Positions 60,162 through 64,000 of a DNA stretch of 64,000 bases are shown here, in pieces (positions within the stretch are counted from its first letter, which is position 1; each line of letters opens with the position of its first letter). Source of the DNA: an uncultured Chroococcidiopsis sp. Its GTDB lineage: Bacteria > Cyanobacteriota > Cyanobacteriia > Cyanobacteriales > Chroococcidiopsidaceae. The notes beneath the pieces were generated by a model. The model saw only the letters and a list, made by a program, of their open reading frames with translations, made no database searches and was not told where the DNA came from. The DNA is taken from assembly GCA_964248365.1 (NCBI GenBank), contig CAXTYC010000001.1, positions 332,151 to 396,150 of the forward strand, written 5' to 3'. A program made the translations under genes and the position numbers.

Positions 60162-63100
60162 TCACCCTGTATTTCGCATTCCCGCAGCAATACCGTTAAT
60201 AGTTAACAATGCCCCGCGTAGCAATTCGCCCTTGCTGTGACGCGAGTCGATCACCCCTGGTATGGCATGATTGCTGTACTGACGCAAACGTTTGAGCAAG
60301 GATACCTGCAAAAACCCTAACGGTACGATTGTTCCGTTGCGTAACTGTACTGACTGTTGTAGAGCAGGATCGCCATCTAGTAGGCGTTTGTGACCAGTAA
60401 TACTCAATACTAATCCCCTCGTGAGATAGTACTCGTTAGCAATTTGCTCATACAAACGTTCAAACCTTTCTATATCTTGAGGTTGGGACAATTCCTGTAC
60501 GTAATGGTGGGCGATTTGGATGTCTACTTTTGATAAAGTCATCTCGACTTTGGAGACTACCATCTTAAAAAAGGGCCACTTTAAATAGAAGTAGCGCAGC
60601 AGTTTTAAGTTTTCCTCCGGTTCTTCGTTCACAAACTCCTGCAAAGCTGTGCCTACACCGTACCAGGAAGGTAGCAGAAAACGGCTTTGCGTCCAGCTGA
60701 ACACCCAAGGAATTGCTCGTAAACTAGTTAAATCTTTTTTACCACTAGAGCGACGAGCTGGACGAGAACTAATTTGTAGCTGGCTAATTTCTTCTATCGG
60801 TGTAACTTGGTGGAAGAAATCAATAAAATCAGGTTGCTCGTAGATCAGGGCGCGATAGTGCTGGCGCGATCGCGCTGATAATTCTTCCATAATCTCGTTC
60901 CAAGGTTCGATCCTATCGAACCCTGTCCGCAACAAACTAGCTTGAATTACAGCACTAGTAATCGTCTCCAGATTATATAAAGCTAACTCTGGTAACGAGT
61001 ACTTGGATGCTAATACTTCTCCCTGCTCAGTAATCTTGATTCTGCCATTAATACTGTGTCCTGGCTGAGCTAAAATCGCTTCATAGGCAGGACCACCACC
61101 ACGCCCTACCGAGCCGCCGCGTCCGTGAAAAATCCGCAAATCCACTCCAAATTGTTCTGCTATTTGCTGGAGTGCTTTTTGTGCTTTGTGAATTTCCCAA
61201 TTGCTGCTTAAGAAACCAGAGTCTTTGTTACTGTCAGAGTAGCCCAGCATCACCTCTTGTAAGTTAGGGGGAAGAGGAGCTGGGGGGCTGGGGGGCAAAA
61301 CTTCTAGAGCTTCTTTGCTCCTTGGTTTGCATCCTCCAGCTAGCATGGTGCGGTACAAAGGTAGTTCAAAGAGCTTTTGCATCACGCTGGGGGCGCGTAG
61401 CAAGTCCTCTACTGTTTCAAACAACGGTACAACTTGAATAGTAGCGATGCCAGAAGCAGGATCGTAAAGTCCCGCTTCTTTAGCAAGCAGTAACACCTCT
61501 AGCAAGTCGCTTAGTTCGCGGCTCATGCTAATAATATATGTTTGACAGATGTTGCCGCCAAACTCTTGCTGAAGCAACCGCACTACGCGAAACGTTTCAA
61601 TCAGCTCATTCGTTTTGTCCGAAAAATGCAGTTCCGCTGGAATTAGGGGACGACGGGTTTGTAGTTCCCCAGTTAGCCAACTGACTCGTTCTGCTTCCGA
61701 CAGTTCGTGATATGACTGGGGCAGAATTTGCATATATTGCAGGATTTCATTAAATGCCTCAGCATGGCGAGATGATTCTTGCCGAATGTCAAGGTGAGCC
61801 AGGTTGAAGTCATAAATTTCTACTTGGCAGATCAGGTTGTTCAACTCCTGACAGGTTAAGCCTGTCTCAGTCAAGTTCCGCTGAATTAATCGCAGTTCTG
61901 CTAAGAACTCTTCCCCAGACTTGTAAGTAGCAGTAGGATTCTTGTCTTCTGGTATTTCCTGTTTTCGGAGATTTCTGTTGTAAAGCCGCGCATTGTGAGC
62001 GCTCGTATTTTCTAGCCGCTTCAGGATATAAGACATCTTCAGCCGATACGGTTCTTGGCGGTAACGCAATGCCAGTGCTTCGTATACTTCGCTCAATTCG
62101 GCATGATCCATCTCTAAAGATTCCAGCAAGTCTGGTAATACATCACTCCAATGCAGCGATACACTCAAAAGGTCAATCAACCGCTTTACCGAGTGAATAT
62201 ACTTTTCCAAAACCAACTGACGTTGGTAACAAGCCGTTTGCCAGGTAACTTGAGGGGTAACTGAGGGGTTCCCATCCCTGTCTGAACCTACCCAAGAGCC
62301 AAACTTGCAAAAGTTATTGCCAGGTGGTTTTAATCGTGGGAAGGAGCTGGACAAGGCGTGTTTGAATCTTTGATACAGTTGGGGAATCCGATCAAACAGC
62401 ACTTCCTTAAAATAGTGAAGGGCATATTCGACTTCATCTAGCACCTCTGGCTTAAACTGGTGTAACTCATCTGTCCGCCACCACAGACGAATTTCCTCAG
62501 TTAATTGCTCGTGTAAAGCCTCTGCTTCCCAAGGGTTGACACCGTTAATGCTTCCCAATCCTTCCTCAATCTGATCTAATTGTTGCAGCAGCCCCGCCAA
62601 GCGCCGTTGCTTGTCCCTGATCGTAGAACGTACAATCTCTGTTGGGTGAGCTGTAAAGACTAACCGCACATCAAGCTGATCAATTAGTCGCTGGATTATC
62701 TGTGGCGGTACATTTATCTGGCGCAAATAGGGAAACAAAGTGTGAAATGTACTTTGTTTTTGCTCTTCGGTGTGTGTAGCTTGCCAATTTTTTTCTAGCA
62801 ACTCTGCCCCAGGATCTGTGTTGATACCATATCTTTCCTCCTGCTCTAGTGCAGATGGCTGGATTTGGGGTAAATTTGTTAGCTGCTTTGAAACGCCGTG
62901 CTGTAAAAAGCGATTAATTTGTTGGCGCTGTTCGTAGTGCTGTTCAACTATATTGATCAGCTGAAAATAGAGAGCAAAGGCGCGAGCGGCTCGAATTGCT
63001 TCGTTGAGTTCCAGTTGGGAAATCAGCTTCACTGCTTCCGCTGCTTGCTCATTAGTTGCCTGTCCTTCTGGCGAACATAAGTCACGCAATTGCGCTAAGA

Positions 63101-63245
63101 GATTGATCAATTCTTGCCCGCACTCTTGTTTGAGAACAGACTCCCATAATTCCTCCACTGTTTGGAGGCGTTGCCGTAAAAACAAATCAAATGGGGAGGG
63201 GCTGACAGTTAAAGCTTCATCAGGCGAGTGGAGGAGCGAACTCAT
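60162..63245 (-). CDS. ppc: Phosphoenolpyruvate carboxylase
   Basis: [50 protein letters not shown]-terminal MRNTG. Confidence 0.98.
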   Translation of the reverse strand: MSSLLHSPDEALTVSPSPFDLFLRQRLQTVEELWESVLKQECGQELINLLAQLRDLCSPEGQATNEQAAEAVKLISQLELNEAIRAARAFALYFQLINIVEQHYEQRQQINRFLQHGVSKQLTNLPQIQPSALEQEERYGINTDPGAELLEKNWQATHTEEQKQSTFHTLFPYLRQINVPPQIIQRLIDQLDVRLVFTAHPTEIVRSTIRDKQRRLAGLLQQLDQIEEGLGSINGVNPWEAEALHEQLTEEIRLWWRTDELHQFKPEVLDEVEYALHYFKEVLFDRIPQLYQRFKHALSSSFPRLKPPGNNFCKFGSWVGSDRDGNPSVTPQVTWQTACYQRQLVLEKYIHSVKRLIDLLSVSLHWSDVLPDLLESLEMDHAELSEVYEALALRYRQEPYRLKMSYILKRLENTSAHNARLYNRNLRKQEIPEDKNPTATYKSGEEFLAELRLIQRNLTETGLTCQELNNLICQVEIYDFNLAHLDIRQESSRHAEAFNEILQYMQILPQSYHELSEAERVSWLTGELQTRRPLIPAELHFSDKTNELIETFRVVRLLQQEFGGNICQTYIISMSRELSDLLEVLLLAKEAGLYDPASGIATIQVVPLFETVEDLLRAPSVMQKLFELPLYRTMLAGGCKPRSKEALEVLPPSPPAPLPPNLQEVMLGYSDSNKDSGFLSSNWEIHKAQKALQQIAEQFGVDLRIFHGRGGSVGRGGGPAYEAILAQPGHSINGRIKITEQGEVLASKYSLPELALYNLETITSAVIQASLLRTGFDRIEPWNEIMEELSARSRQHYRALIYEQPDFIDFFHQVTPIEEISQLQISSRPARRSSGKKDLTSLRAIPWVFSWTQSRFLLPSWYGVGTALQEFVNEEPEENLKLLRYFYLKWPFFKMVVSKVEMTLSKVDIQIAHHYVQELSQPQDIERFERLYEQIANEYYLTRGLVLSITGHKRLLDGDPALQQSVQLRNGTIVPLGFLQVSLLKRLRQYSNHAIPGVIDSRHSKGELLRGALLTINGIAAGMRNTG

Positions 63246-63341
63246 AGCGTCTGTTCTTAGTAATGCCAGGACTATTGAATAATTTTAGGGTTTAACACCA
63301 ACTTATTTAGTTGCCCTAGCAACAATCTTCATTTTTGGTTG

Positions 63342-63581
63342 CTACAACTTCAGCTCTTTTGGTGATTCTGTCTTTGGGAACTTGAGCAGCGGCAGGCGAT
63401 CGCCTCGAAATACTTCCTCACTTGCCCCGCCTAGCGCTTGTAATGTCTGGGCTACTGCTTTACCTCCCAACAGCCCTATTAACATAGCTCCAGTGCCTAA
63501 CGGTAATAATATCTCGCTTGGAATGGAAAATAAAATCAGATCCAATCCTTCTGTTTTGGTGGGTTTTGAGTTATTTGGCAT
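63342..63581 (-). CDS. Small hypothetical membrane protein upstream of ppc
   Basis: Hydrophobic stretch followed by SEEVFRGDRLPLL. Confidence 0.7.
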   Translation of the reverse strand: MPNNSKPTKTEGLDLILFSIPSEILLPLGTGAMLIGLLGGKAVAQTLQALGGASEEVFRGDRLPLLKFPKTESPKELKL

Positions 63582-63963
63582 CGCTAACTTGATAAATCAC
63601 TCTAACTTTAAGTTTATGTGCTGCTGACTGGAACGAATCAGCAACTTCCTAATCTTGTTGCCTCCTCCTTAAATTAACTTAATAATTTGCTTAACTTTCA
63701 AAGATGACGAGGAACCAAAAGACAAGACATAATGACGCTTTTGCAATTGCCAACATAGCAAATTGCTCCTTTGTTATAGGCTGTGCGTACTTGGCTACCG
63801 AATCTATAAGATAAACTTATTATTAATATTTGTAATAATGATGAATAAATTAATGATTTTTTGCGTGAAGTAATGTAAATTTATATTTACAGGCAAAGAA
63901 AAGATAACTGAGCCTGATTCATTCCTAAATAACTTTGTTTGTTAACCAAGCAATCATAGAACC

Positions 63964-64000
63964 ATGACAACCACATTACAACGGCGTGAAAGCGCCAGCC
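63964..64000 (+). CDS. psbA: Photosystem II D1 protein, first 12 codons
   Basis: MTTTLQRRESAS is the characteristic D1 N-terminus, preceded by an AT-rich leader. Confidence 0.9.
   Translation, partial: MTTTLQRRESAS

Noticed and set aside
63875..63890. NtcA binding site upstream of psbA
   Set aside because: Spacing is GTA-N10-TAC, not the GTA-N8-TAC consensus.
1..64000. Frequent GCGATCGC octamers as a novel repeat
   Set aside because: This is the well-known cyanobacterial HIP1 sequence; it is useful only as a taxonomic clue.

Overview
This is a cyanobacterial chromosome segment: HIP1 octamers (GCGATCGC) occur throughout, there are many STRR-type short tandem repeats, and it carries ycf65/PSRP-3, glcEF, cruA, nblB, ppc and the first codons of psbA. 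Three accessory zones sit among the housekeeping genes. (1) At 6.6-7.85 kb, a REP-associated tyrosine transposase (RAYT) is bracketed by inverted REP-like repeats, next to a KGK-domain pseudogene that is also REP-bracketed; related repeats occur elsewhere in the window. (2) At 17.4-26.7 kb, two crtO paralogues enclose a decaying island with an HNH pseudogene, a xisI pseudogene (both missing from the ORF track) and a three-gene nucleotide-sugar module. (3) At 40-58.3 kb lies the most interesting locus, an apparently self-contained cyclic-nucleotide signalling island. It has a Wsp-type chemosensory operon (CheW, CheR-TPR, two MCPs, Cys-rich CheW, dual-Hpt CheA, CheB) whose WspR-like receiver is fused to a class III adenylate cyclase rather than a GGDEF domain. 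Beside it are a class-I-PDE-like HD protein, two membrane proteins with cNMP-binding domains (SulP-STAS-cNMP and MscS-cNMP) and a porin. No rRNA, tRNA or CRISPR array was seen. All protein-family calls come from motif recognition by eye; no database searches were run.
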